Virus record (IMG/VR): IMGVR_UViG_3300035501_001769
Coordinates: 1 to 64,000 of that record
Reading direction: 5' to 3' (one strand)
From: a virus
Lineage: Duplodnaviria > Caudoviricetes
Length of the DNA: 64,000 bases
The notes beneath the pieces were generated by a model that saw only the letters and a program-made list of their open reading frames with translations, was not told the DNA's origin and made no database searches. Shown here one piece after another: positions 9,134 to 18,495 of the stretch; position 1 is the first letter of the stretch; every line of letters starts with the position of its first letter. Made by a program: the position numbers and the translations under genes.

Positions 9134-10838
9134 TGATAGTGAATAATTTATCCTTATTGTCAAATAATATGTAATCACCTCGTTGTAATTCATCGGCATA
9201 AACTTCAATTGGTTCATCTTCGCCTTCACGTTTCACAACCAATTCAGCATTAACATCAAGGCTGAGAATGTGGTTATTGTCGAGAGTGACATTGACTGAT
9301 TCAATTGCTTGCTTTTTGCCACATACAACCGTTGTATTTGCCGGATATAACCCTGCGCGTTCAGGAAGTAGAAAACGTTCAAAAATCAGGTCATATTTCA
9401 TCGGATCTACAAGCGTAATGCCAAGCAGATACAGCAATAGAGAACCGGCAGCAGAGCCACGACCACAACCAACTAAGATACCGTTACGCTTACACCAGTT
9501 AACTGTGTCGTATTGTACAAGCAAGTAGTCGATATTGTCGGTGGATTCTATGATGTACTTCTCATATTCCATCTGCTTACGATACTTGTCAATCTCTGAA
9601 GCCGGAACAAGGCGTTGCAGACCATCTTCCAACAACTGATTAAACATATTGTGAGTTGTCTTATATTTTGCGGCTTCTTCTTCGGTCATGTAGTACTTAG
9701 GCATATAGTTACGAGATGTTTCCCATCTCGCCTTAGCACCATCAGCAATCACGATTGTATTAGCGCAACATTCACGGAATATGCCTAACACATCCCACTT
9801 ATCGGCATCGAATAGCTGAAGGAAATACGCATAATGCTCATCTATGTCTTTAAAGTATTGGTCCTCGGATTGTTGATGAGCAGCACCGATAGCAATCTTG
9901 TTCAGGATAATCTTGTTTCTTGCATCATCCTTGTCAAGATAGTAGCAATCGCCAATAAGCACCGGTGGCACCAAGCCTGAGTTATACACGTTATCAAAGT
10001 AGTGTTTGGTTGCTGTCAGCGTAACAATGTCAATACGTTCTGCTTTATATTCAGATAAGTCCACTTGGTATAATACGTGAATAAACTTGTCAATAAACTC
10101 AGTATCAATTAAATCCATGTGACCGCTAATCCATTCAGCAGTATTCTTGCCAAACACAAGCACGTTACCTTCAGCATAACTTAATAATTGGTCTATTGTC
10201 AACGTCTTATCATCCGGATTATCAACCATTATTGTCTTTTGGATTCTCAGCAGATTACGTAGACCTTTTTGAGTTTGCACGTACACTTTAGCTTCTACTT
10301 TGTTATCGTCATCGTCTGTAAAAACCAAACTGTAACCAAAGACAGGATTGATATTGGCTGAAGCACATTCTTTTTGCAACACAAATAAACTCGCCATCGT
10401 GTTAAGGTCACACACGCCAAGAGCTGCATGACCAAGATATTTAGCCTTAGTAACCCATTGTTTGGGCATAAAGCTACCGTTAAGTAGTTCGTAAGGCGTA
10501 TGTACACCAAGATTAACATACGGTATGTCAATCTCTGTCGACACTCGTTCACCTATGTATTTGAGGATATTGAGAGAAAACTCTGAATTGAAGTTGTGGT
10601 AATAATAATTATCTCCAAACTTGAAGATAACATAGTGAATATCTTCTGCTTCAAGCGCTTCTCTATCTTCGACAAGGTTAAACTCCATCTCACCTGTTTC
10701 GGTGGGTTTAAAAATTGATTTGATTTTGGTCATGTTCTGGTAGAACATCTTGCCGACTCCATCAATCAACACACATTCCTTATCGATTACTGCGTGTTTG
10801 ATTTTATTGTTTCGGAGCCATTCGGTTAACTTATTCAT
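9123..10838 (-). CDS. dnaE: DNA polymerase III alpha, N-terminal fragment (PHP plus start of palm), with an IntN-like tail
   Basis: HTPYELLNGS, LGVCDLN, GLRNLLRI, GCGRGSAAGSLLLYLLGIT.VDPMKYDLIFERFLLPER, then 75 extra residues and a stop. Confidence 0.92.
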   Translation of the reverse strand: MNKLTEWLRNNKIKHAVIDKECVLIDGVGKMFYQNMTKIKSIFKPTETGEMEFNLVEDREALEAEDIHYVIFKFGDNYYYHNFNSEFSLNILKYIGERVSTEIDIPYVNLGVHTPYELLNGSFMPKQWVTKAKYLGHAALGVCDLNTMASLFVLQKECASANINPVFGYSLVFTDDDDNKVEAKVYVQTQKGLRNLLRIQKTIMVDNPDDKTLTIDQLLSYAEGNVLVFGKNTAEWISGHMDLIDTEFIDKFIHVLYQVDLSEYKAERIDIVTLTATKHYFDNVYNSGLVPPVLIGDCYYLDKDDARNKIILNKIAIGAAHQQSEDQYFKDIDEHYAYFLQLFDADKWDVLGIFRECCANTIVIADGAKARWETSRNYMPKYYMTEEEAAKYKTTHNMFNQLLEDGLQRLVPASEIDKYRKQMEYEKYIIESTDNIDYLLVQYDTVNWCKRNGILVGCGRGSAAGSLLLYLLGITLVDPMKYDLIFERFLLPERAGLYPANTTVVCGKKQAIESVNVTLDNNHILSLDVNAELVVKREGEDEPIEVYADELQRGDYILFDNKDKLFTINEI

Positions 10839-11870
10839 TTACAGCGTTGTTAATTTAAATTCTGTTGGCGTTTGCAGATTTGTGCTGAAAGTGTCGTAAA
10901 TATCCCAGAAGTCCATTTCATCCCAGTCCTTACCATCGCTATCAATTTTGGCTATTAATACATCAAAATATTCTGATAGTTCTGCTGCGACACGGTTAAT
11001 TGCTTCTGTTGCATCGGAGTCATATCCAACTACAATCGTTGATACTCCTTTGGATTGTAGTTTAAAGATTTGAGCCTGAGAGATTTTCTTGCCGAAGGTT
11101 GCCACAGGTACAATTCGGTGATTATCGTAGAGGTTCAATTTTCTTGTTAAGGCGATAACATCAAAGATACCTTCACACAGAATAACTGTATCAGTTTCAT
11201 CTTCTATTACTGCATCGTAGTTGTATAACAGCTTAACATAGTCGTTTTCAGTGCTATTGTTGTAACGTCTGATTTCATACCTGCCTTTGCGCCTTGCTTC
11301 ATCATTATATTCATCAATAGTATCTTTGGTCCATTTGTGTCTGCCAATATAACCTACAATATCGCCTGAATCAATGATGGGAAATAAGACATAGTTATCG
11401 TATTTAAAATTCAGTCCTCGTGTCGTACCTACCGGAAAATAGTCATAATCATCATAAACAAAGCCACGACATTTAAGATACTTATCCTGAAAGCAGCGTT
11501 TCCATCCTTCAGGCATATTGACGATAACAAGTTCATCATCAATCTCCTCATCATTATTCAGCGAATAGAAAGACGATACTTCTAATGGTGCAATCTGTGT
11601 TGTTTCCTCAGCAATTAAATCAGGTCTACCAATATCTTTGAGCAGCTGAGGTAGTTCTTTTGTTGTGTGACCACATTTAAAGCAGTGCGACATGAATGGC
11701 TTTTTACGCCCGGTTTCAGGACCGATGTAAATGCCGAACTTTGAGCCGCCCTTACCGCAATAAGGACACTCAGGTACAAGCAGATTTTTACGACCACCAT
11801 CATAGTTGGCGTGAAGCTCAATTATCAGCTCTTGGATAATGTGTTCGCGCTCGTCTTTTGAATAATACAT
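10839..11870 (-). CDS. dnaG: DNA primase (Zn finger plus TOPRIM)
   Basis: CPYC...HCFKC zinc finger, ILCEGIFDVIAL, VVGYDSDA. Confidence 0.85.
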   Translation of the reverse strand: MYYSKDEREHIIQELIIELHANYDGGRKNLLVPECPYCGKGGSKFGIYIGPETGRKKPFMSHCFKCGHTTKELPQLLKDIGRPDLIAEETTQIAPLEVSSFYSLNNDEEIDDELVIVNMPEGWKRCFQDKYLKCRGFVYDDYDYFPVGTTRGLNFKYDNYVLFPIIDSGDIVGYIGRHKWTKDTIDEYNDEARRKGRYEIRRYNNSTENDYVKLLYNYDAVIEDETDTVILCEGIFDVIALTRKLNLYDNHRIVPVATFGKKISQAQIFKLQSKGVSTIVVGYDSDATEAINRVAAELSEYFDVLIAKIDSDGKDWDEMDFWDIYDTFSTNLQTPTEFKLTTL

Positions 11871-11876
11871 AATACA

Positions 11877-12746
11877 TTACATACCTTTATTTAGCCAATA
11901 CTCTATTAGTTTTTGTTCTCTATCTTCAATGACTTTAAGCTGTTCGCTATCATTTATATCGAGGGTGGGGTAGCCCTCACCTAAAATCTCCAATTCTTTT
12001 TCGTCAAGTAGTCCTTCTTCGAGAGCTATCTGAATAGTCCATTGTTCAGCTATTGCACGAGCGATACCCGGAAAAGTCTTACTGCGCAATCGTCTACGAG
12101 CTTCAGGGGTTCTTGTCTTGCTGAACGCTTCGTGATACCATTTGGCCATTTTGCTACCACTTTTAAATACAACATATTCACCGTGGTCATCGGTTTCTTT
12201 ACTGGGATGAAGTGGCTTTAAGTTCTTCAACCACAGGCAAGTATTTTTGCTGTATGGGTCGCCAAACATATACGGATGGATTTTAATATCCGGCTTTCGA
12301 TAGCGTGTACTCATAATGCCAATCGGGTTTTCTACTGCAATACGCTTTACATCGCTGTTTATCAAAGACATAAAGAAGTTAGCAGCTTCTTCTCTATCTT
12401 TCGCTCTGTTGGGGAATTTAGGATGAGGTCTGCGCCATTCAGTCGGAAGGTGTTTGTCATCAGGGTGATAATACCATCGAACTCCACTGCCGGCTAAGTA
12501 CGTACAGGGGGGGTGAGCTATCATAATATCCCAATCCCCACCTACCTCAGCTATTTGTCCATTCTGAAGTGTGAGATTTGATTTATCCAAAACGGTATTA
12601 ATATCGTGGTTAAAATGCCATTCTGGGTGTTCACCACTACAATCAAGTAAGTCACAACTGAAGGCTATATGACCCAGTTTGCGAAATGCCATACATACCG
12701 CTTGACTTTCCTCACACGCTATTAAAATGTTTAGTTTACGTTTCAT
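11877..12746 (-). CDS. Phage-type C5 cytosine DNA methyltransferase
   Basis: ILIACEESQ motif I variant, SCD, catalytic AHPPC, VENP, HPYMFG, KNTCLWLKNL. Confidence 0.75.
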   Translation of the reverse strand: MKRKLNILIACEESQAVCMAFRKLGHIAFSCDLLDCSGEHPEWHFNHDINTVLDKSNLTLQNGQIAEVGGDWDIMIAHPPCTYLAGSGVRWYYHPDDKHLPTEWRRPHPKFPNRAKDREEAANFFMSLINSDVKRIAVENPIGIMSTRYRKPDIKIHPYMFGDPYSKNTCLWLKNLKPLHPSKETDDHGEYVVFKSGSKMAKWYHEAFSKTRTPEARRRLRSKTFPGIARAIAEQWTIQIALEEGLLDEKELEILGEGYPTLDINDSEQLKVIEDREQKLIEYWLNKGM

Positions 12747-12748
12747 TA

Positions 12749-12868
12749 TCTGAGAGAATGTGGTTTATGCTTTCTCTCAGAATAGGTTGTTCAAATTCTC
12801 TCCGGTGTGATTTTTTGAGAGAAATTTGAGAGAAAAATTGAGAAAACTTAAACCACTGTCATCTCTCA
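12749..12868. repeat. Cluster of TGAGAGA direct and inverted repeats
   Basis: TCTGAGAGA (12749) / TCTCTCAGA (12773) inverted pair; TTGAGA(G/A)AA at 12815, 12826 and 12838; a further inverted copy near 12862. Confidence 0.6.
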
Positions 12869-14239
12869 GCTTCTACTACATAACGCTAAATTCATTGTTC
12901 GCTTCTTATCATAAAACCTTTCATGCTCATAATCAGTAGCAATTCTGAAAGCCTCACCCTTCCTGAAGAATCGAGCCTTAGCCACATGAAGCCGCATCGT
13001 ACCTTCTTTTTCCTCGCGTGATGACTGGTTAAGAGTTATCAAATGGGTAAGCGGTCGAGCAAGACCTTTGGCTTCCGCTGTGTTATAAGCTGTCAGTACA
13101 TTCTTTTCATCGTTTAACCACTCTTGGTTTTCGATGGTTGATTGATACGTTACGACAATCCAAACATTCTCATCACTCGCTAAGTCTTTCAGGTCATTCG
13201 CCACACTAATACGTTTCAAGCGTTCTCCTTGGTCGCTGTAATGTTTACCCGAAGCGTCTGTTAACAAGTCCATAGAGTCGATAATGATAATATCGGGTGC
13301 GAATTTGTATTTGCGCTTAAAGTCTTGAATCGCCTTATGAATATCTTTGGTTGATACCTGAGAATTGAACTTAGGGTAAGACTTAACATATAGCTTGCCT
13401 GATACCTGTTTAAGTTCTTCCTCAATCTCCTGTAATTCCTTGTCGGTCAACAAGCCATTCTCAAACTTATAGGTGCTACATGATGCCAATGAAGCTGAAT
13501 ATGCGTCAATAACTTCAGCTTCACTACCTTCAAGCTGAAAGTGAAGTACGTTAAGACCATCCATTTGACACGCACATTTACCTACCCAACGTGCGATGTG
13601 AGATTTACCAACACCGGTGGGTGCAAGAAAACATGATAACTGACCGCGAAGATTACGTGATTGGTTACGTATATCAAGCTCATCAATGTAGAAACGCACA
13701 ACTTCTTTAGCTTGTCCTTCAGTGTTACGCTTTTCTTTGTTTTGCACATATCGCTGGGTGAAGTTACCTGTAATATCGACAAACTCAGCAGATTGTAAAG
13801 AGAACTTATTAACCCAATCGCTATACTCCACCAACCGTTTTGTCGCTGCATCTACGCCTGTACGGTTGTATAAGTCGATAAGCTCCTGATACGTTTTTTG
13901 AAACTTGACCTGTTTGATATACGTTTCAAGCTGAGCCATTGCATCAGCGGTTGGCAGCGCATTATTATAGTCTGACAATATCTCATCAAACAAAGAACGT
14001 GCAGCACGTGATGATGCCAAAGACTGCATGATTACCGATTCTTGCGGTATCTTTTTATTCTTCTTATAATAGTCGGTTATGGCAGTGTGAAGTGCTTGAT
14101 AATCCTTGTTGGGTAGCATGGACTTATCAAGGTGTTCTGTCATAACCGCTAAGATGTATTCATTATTAAGACATGACGAATACAAATCCCCCAGAAATTC
14201 CTCCGTGAGAAGTGGATTTGATTTATTTAGCGGTGCCAT
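12866..14239 (-). CDS. dnaB: Replicative DnaB-like helicase
   Basis: APTGVGKS Walker A, FQLEGS, IIIIDSMDLL Walker B, TYQS, KARF arginine finger. Confidence 0.85.
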   Translation of the reverse strand: MAPLNKSNPLLTEEFLGDLYSSCLNNEYILAVMTEHLDKSMLPNKDYQALHTAITDYYKKNKKIPQESVIMQSLASSRAARSLFDEILSDYNNALPTADAMAQLETYIKQVKFQKTYQELIDLYNRTGVDAATKRLVEYSDWVNKFSLQSAEFVDITGNFTQRYVQNKEKRNTEGQAKEVVRFYIDELDIRNQSRNLRGQLSCFLAPTGVGKSHIARWVGKCACQMDGLNVLHFQLEGSEAEVIDAYSASLASCSTYKFENGLLTDKELQEIEEELKQVSGKLYVKSYPKFNSQVSTKDIHKAIQDFKRKYKFAPDIIIIDSMDLLTDASGKHYSDQGERLKRISVANDLKDLASDENVWIVVTYQSTIENQEWLNDEKNVLTAYNTAEAKGLARPLTHLITLNQSSREEKEGTMRLHVAKARFFRKGEAFRIATDYEHERFYDKKRTMNLALCSRS

Positions 14240-14813
14240 ATTCGCTTCTTAATCTATATAATTCCGGATAATTTTTTTGTGTTTCGCGTTTACAGTCATT
14301 GATATAACTACATTCATGACAAGCTGCTGAAAGCGGACTCCAACCTAATGTTGATTCCTGACACAGCACATATCCTACTCGTTGGTTCAACATTCTGCGT
14401 TTGGTCGGTTCCTCAGCTTCAACGTATATGTATTGAGCTTGTGGGTGTTGGCTAAGGTCGCGTATTTGGTCGAGTAAATAACTGCGAGAAATACCACCGC
14501 CTTCAAGCCACAAATCTTCATAATATCGCTGTTGGTGCTTTCGTTCCCTGAACTTAGATATAGCCGTAGGACCAAAAATCACGTTAGCTTGCTGAGGTTG
14601 TATGCTATTACGCCTGTTATATGCTGCAAAAATGATAAAGTCGGTTAACCGTTCTTCCCCCAGTTCACCATATTCTTTTGCCATCCTCGTATTGAAAGCC
14701 GCCAACGCTTTTTGGGTACTCCCCCCTTGTGATAATTTAAGAGGGGAGTTTAGCTTGTCTTGAAGGATTGATAGCAACTTAACTGTGTTTTTTAGCAATC
14801 TTCCTTGTTCCAT
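14223..14813 (-). CDS. Conserved hypothetical protein with a C-terminal Cys cluster
   Basis: Coupled ORF; CQEST.GWSPLSAACHECSYINDC. Confidence 0.65.
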   Translation of the reverse strand: MEQGRLLKNTVKLLSILQDKLNSPLKLSQGGSTQKALAAFNTRMAKEYGELGEERLTDFIIFAAYNRRNSIQPQQANVIFGPTAISKFRERKHQQRYYEDLWLEGGGISRSYLLDQIRDLSQHPQAQYIYVEAEEPTKRRMLNQRVGYVLCQESTLGWSPLSAACHECSYINDCKRETQKNYPELYRLRSEYGTAK

Positions 14814-15420
14814 TTCGATGTAGTGAGTTTCTTAACTGTTGTCGAGCAAGGAACAAGCGACTCTTAATTGTGTCGATATTAGGAGAACTTAGATTGCCCT
14901 TCTCGTACTCAATTTCAGCTATTTCCTTCAGTGAATAACCTGTTGTCTGAAGGATAAAAGCATCTCGGTACATTGGTTTGAGTCCATCTAAAGCTATCAA
15001 AATATCATCACTGAGCATTGTACGGTAGTTGTCAATTGTCATCGCATTAGCTGAGATGTCATCAAGTTCATAACTACCTGCCACCTGCTCAGATACATTA
15101 CAATCGAAGTCCTTGCGTTGTTCTTGCTTCCATCGCTCACGGTTCAACTTATACACATGACGTTTTGTGCAAATGTGAATCCACGGTCGAATATCTGTTG
15201 TCGGATCATAAGTTTCGATACCTTTATACAATATCGTGAGGACTGAGTAATAAAACTCTTTTACATCAGCGAAGTCATTGGTGTATTGGCGAGTCAACTT
15301 GTATATCATCCTAAATTTAGGCTTGATAAGTTCGTTGAATAGCTGATTACGCCTTTGAGTTTCTTCGTCAGTTAGCGTACTTCGCTTTCGCTTGGATTGG
15401 CTTGTTTCTTCTTCTCCCAT
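14779..15420 (-). CDS. ECF-type RNA polymerase sigma-70 factor
   Basis: Region 2 (FNELIKP...YDPTTDIRPWIHIC) and region 4 (ALDGLKPMYRDAFILQTTGYSLKEIAE...TIKSRLFLARQQL). Confidence 0.85.
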   Translation of the reverse strand: MGEEETSQSKRKRSTLTDEETQRRNQLFNELIKPKFRMIYKLTRQYTNDFADVKEFYYSVLTILYKGIETYDPTTDIRPWIHICTKRHVYKLNRERWKQEQRKDFDCNVSEQVAGSYELDDISANAMTIDNYRTMLSDDILIALDGLKPMYRDAFILQTTGYSLKEIAEIEYEKGNLSSPNIDTIKSRLFLARQQLRNSLHRNGTRKIAKKHS

Positions 15421-15656
15421 GAAGCTGCAACCTCTTGAACAAATAAATCAGATGCAGCCGCAGGTAAACCTTTAGCTTCACAATACCTTTTCCATGTATT
15501 GTTACGTTTATTAAATTCCACCCGAACTTCTTCATCAGATGGTTGTGGCTTCTTGGATAGGAAAGCGTAAAATTCCATTAGCAAATCCCCAAGTACCGCG
15601 AAATTTTGTGAGATAATCCTCTCTTTTAATCGCCTAAGCCTTCTACTTTGACTCAT
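15372..15656 (-). CDS. Hypothetical protein
   Basis: 94-aa ORF within the operon. Confidence 0.6.
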   Translation of the reverse strand: MSQSRRLRRLKERIISQNFAVLGDLLMEFYAFLSKKPQPSDEEVRVEFNKRNNTWKRYCEAKGLPAAASDLFVQEVAASWEKKKQANPSESEVR

Positions 15657-15677
15657 ATTGTTGTGATGATAGATTGG

Positions 15678-16166
15678 TTATAAGTTGTATTTGATGATGT
15701 AGTAATAGAAGATATGTGTTGCATCAGCTTCATTATCGTCAATTGGGGTAATTCCCCAACGTCTAACACAAAACAGCTTCATCATATCTTTATCAGCATT
15801 GCCGCTACCGGTTGCCCATTTCTTGACAGTTTTGGGATTTACAAAAGCAGGTTCGGGTAAGTTTAGCTCGTCACAGACTTCAAATAGGATTCCCCTAAAT
15901 TCAGCAAGTTTCACTGAGGATTTAAAGCCGCCGATGGCGTTGCCGGCACTCACATCTTCCGCGACAATTTGTTTGATGCCATACTTTTGTATGTAGTTGA
16001 TTAATGTGTCGCGGAAGGCTTTGTGTTGTTTATTGTCGTTTCGATGTTTAGCCTCGGTAAAATCCCACGTACCACTGGAATATACTGAGTGATAGCCGCA
16101 ATGTGTGGCGATGTCGAGGCTAAGAACTTGTTCTCTGGTTACTTTTTCTTTTACTTCATGATTCAT
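15678..16166 (-). CDS. ruvC: RuvC-like Holliday junction resolvase
   Basis: LSLDIATHCG, IVAED, VKKWATGSGNADK, DDNEADA acidic motifs. Confidence 0.8.
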   Translation of the reverse strand: MNHEVKEKVTREQVLSLDIATHCGYHSVYSSGTWDFTEAKHRNDNKQHKAFRDTLINYIQKYGIKQIVAEDVSAGNAIGGFKSSVKLAEFRGILFEVCDELNLPEPAFVNPKTVKKWATGSGNADKDMMKLFCVRRWGITPIDDNEADATHIFYYYIIKYNL

Positions 16167-18492
16167 TAATAATTATATTAGCTATGTTGTTATGTTTGAC
16201 CACCACTAATTTGTGGGGATAGTTCTCGTGTATAAGACCATGACTTACAACCAACGATGTAATTTGAAGGGAGTTGAGCGCATCAAACATACTTGCCAAA
16301 CCACTTTCATCAGTTGCATCCAAGATTTCATCGAGAACAAGCAAGTCAAGACCGTTACCCTTATCACTATCGAGATTGCTGAGGGTGTGCAAAGCCAAGA
16401 TACTTGCTAAGTTAACTCGTGTCTTTTCACCTTCGGAGAATTTGCCAAACGAACCACAATCAATGCCGTCACGAATAATTCCAATCGAGATTTTATCTCT
16501 AATTTTGCCGGATTTAAGTAGGGTAAAACCGGCAAAGCGCACACGAATGTCGCTGCCAATCTTTTCAAGGAAGTCGTTAGTAATTCGTGAAAGTGCATCA
16601 ATCTTAGAATTAGCCAAGTGCGTCTTAAAGTCAACAAACCTACGCTCTTGCATCTTCAACTCGTTCAGTTCGTTTTCGATGTTGTGTAATTCTTTGAGAT
16701 GGCTGCTTAAACTTATTTCTTGTCTGTTTTGTCGCTTTTTAGCATCAATCAATGCGTCATCGGTTGTCTGCTTTTCGAGCTTATCTATTGTGTCATAGTA
16801 AGTGGGTATCATATTATCCAACACCGTTATCTCAGCATCGTGTTGTCTGATAGTGTTTCGATAACCGCGTATTACACAGTCCAAACTATCAAAAGCATCA
16901 TCAAACATACGCTCTCTAATTTTAAGCATTGAATCTACCAAGTCATTCATTGACTTAACAGCGTTATCCACCTGCCACTGTACGTTTTGTAATTCGATTT
17001 GTTTTTCTCTGCTGGCAACTTTGCATTTGTGTAAGGCATCAGCTATTGCGTTACATTCAGCTCGTGCCACTTCTACAGAGTCCATTAGCTCTTTTAGTTG
17101 AGTTTCTTTTTGTTCTACCTGTATAGTCTTATTTTCGATGTCTTTCTTAATGGTTGCAATGGCTTCAGTTTGTTCCCTTACAATATCATTAAGCTCATCT
17201 ACCGATTGTCCTGAAGATACAACAAAGGCGTGAGAGCATTTCGGGCAAGCAATCGCGCTCATTAGCTTAGTCTTAGCTTGCATCAAAGCTGCTTCACATA
17301 CACTTAGTTTTTTCTTTTCACGAGCTATATCTTGTTCTATATCAGCTTGTTGATGCTTAATTGCAGTATATTCAACGCGCAAAGAAGCTAACTTGCTTTC
17401 TTTAACTTCTTCAGCTTGAACCAACAACTTGTTTGCCTTATCAACATCTATCTCTGCTGCACTCGCTTCATTTTTGAGGGTAAACAGCTTTTCTTCTAAT
17501 TGATTTGCTATTTTATCCTTTTCAAGAAACTCATCTTTGCTTCTTTGTGCTTTAACCAAATAGCTATCTGTTAATATTGCACCCTTGATAGGTTCAAGAA
17601 CCTTAATCACGCAACCATGCACAGTGAAAATATTTTGTGAACTATTCTGAAGTGATTGTAACTCCTTGTCAGCTTCTTCAACCTCATTAATAAGATTGTT
17701 ACACGTTTCAATTTCTTTTTTATGATTGGCAATATCTTCTAATGCACGTTCAATAGCCTGTTTGGTCTTTTCGATAGTCTGAAGTTTAGCGGCTTCTCTT
17801 TCAGGTGCGCTATTTTCAAGGCTTTCTATCTGGCTATTAATAGCTGACAGTTGACCTTGGTCGTAAGATACTGTAATCTCTTTGTTGTGTAAGTCAGCTT
17901 CAAGTGCGGCAATATCCTTTCCAAGATATTCAATAGACTCATCAACCAACACACCATTACTGAAACGATTGATAAGTTCTTTCTTCTCTCTGTCCGAACA
18001 AGTCAGGAATGATTTATACTTGTGCTTTGATAGAATGAAATTAGAGAACATATCATCCTTGCTGATACCAATTGTGTCGAGAATAAATCTATTATATTCA
18101 TTTACATTGGCTTGCACTTCAGCCACATATTCGCCATTAGAATTTAAATCTCTGAATGATACTGTGATAGCTTGTGAAGCGTTGCGACTAATGACACGTT
18201 TAATTATCATAGACTTGTTATTAGCCTGATTATCCAATGTTAATCGGATTGTAGCTTCATCATGTTCGTCATTGATAATTTCTTCTAACTTGGTTATGGG
18301 GCGTAAAGGTTCACCGGTCAGACCAATTGCAATAGCTTCTATTAAAGCTGATTTGCCTGAGCCGTTAGATTGTTGAGATTCATTGTCGGCATTATAACCG
18401 AAAATAAGGGTGGTGCAGCCTTGTTTCGGGGTATAATTAAGTTCTTCTAATACGCAGACATTTTTAGCGTAGATGTTTTTTAATTGCCACAT
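16156..18492 (-). CDS. sbcC: SbcC/Rad50-like SMC ATPase
   Basis: SNGSGKS Walker A, coiled coils, CPKC hook, FSEGEKTR signature, LLVLDEILD Walker B. Confidence 0.88.
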   Translation of the reverse strand: MWQLKNIYAKNVCVLEELNYTPKQGCTTLIFGYNADNESQQSNGSGKSALIEAIAIGLTGEPLRPITKLEEIINDEHDEATIRLTLDNQANNKSMIIKRVISRNASQAITVSFRDLNSNGEYVAEVQANVNEYNRFILDTIGISKDDMFSNFILSKHKYKSFLTCSDREKKELINRFSNGVLVDESIEYLGKDIAALEADLHNKEITVSYDQGQLSAINSQIESLENSAPEREAAKLQTIEKTKQAIERALEDIANHKKEIETCNNLINEVEEADKELQSLQNSSQNIFTVHGCVIKVLEPIKGAILTDSYLVKAQRSKDEFLEKDKIANQLEEKLFTLKNEASAAEIDVDKANKLLVQAEEVKESKLASLRVEYTAIKHQQADIEQDIAREKKKLSVCEAALMQAKTKLMSAIACPKCSHAFVVSSGQSVDELNDIVREQTEAIATIKKDIENKTIQVEQKETQLKELMDSVEVARAECNAIADALHKCKVASREKQIELQNVQWQVDNAVKSMNDLVDSMLKIRERMFDDAFDSLDCVIRGYRNTIRQHDAEITVLDNMIPTYYDTIDKLEKQTTDDALIDAKKRQNRQEISLSSHLKELHNIENELNELKMQERRFVDFKTHLANSKIDALSRITNDFLEKIGSDIRVRFAGFTLLKSGKIRDKISIGIIRDGIDCGSFGKFSEGEKTRVNLASILALHTLSNLDSDKGNGLDLLVLDEILDATDESGLASMFDALNSLQITSLVVSHGLIHENYPHKLVVVKHNNIANIIINES

Positions 18493-18495
18493 AGC

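Noticed and set aside
9123-9350. Canonical active split intein
   Set aside because: No N-terminal Cys/Ser at the junction, no block B TxxH, and no terminal His-Asn in the partner fragment; kept only as Hint-like
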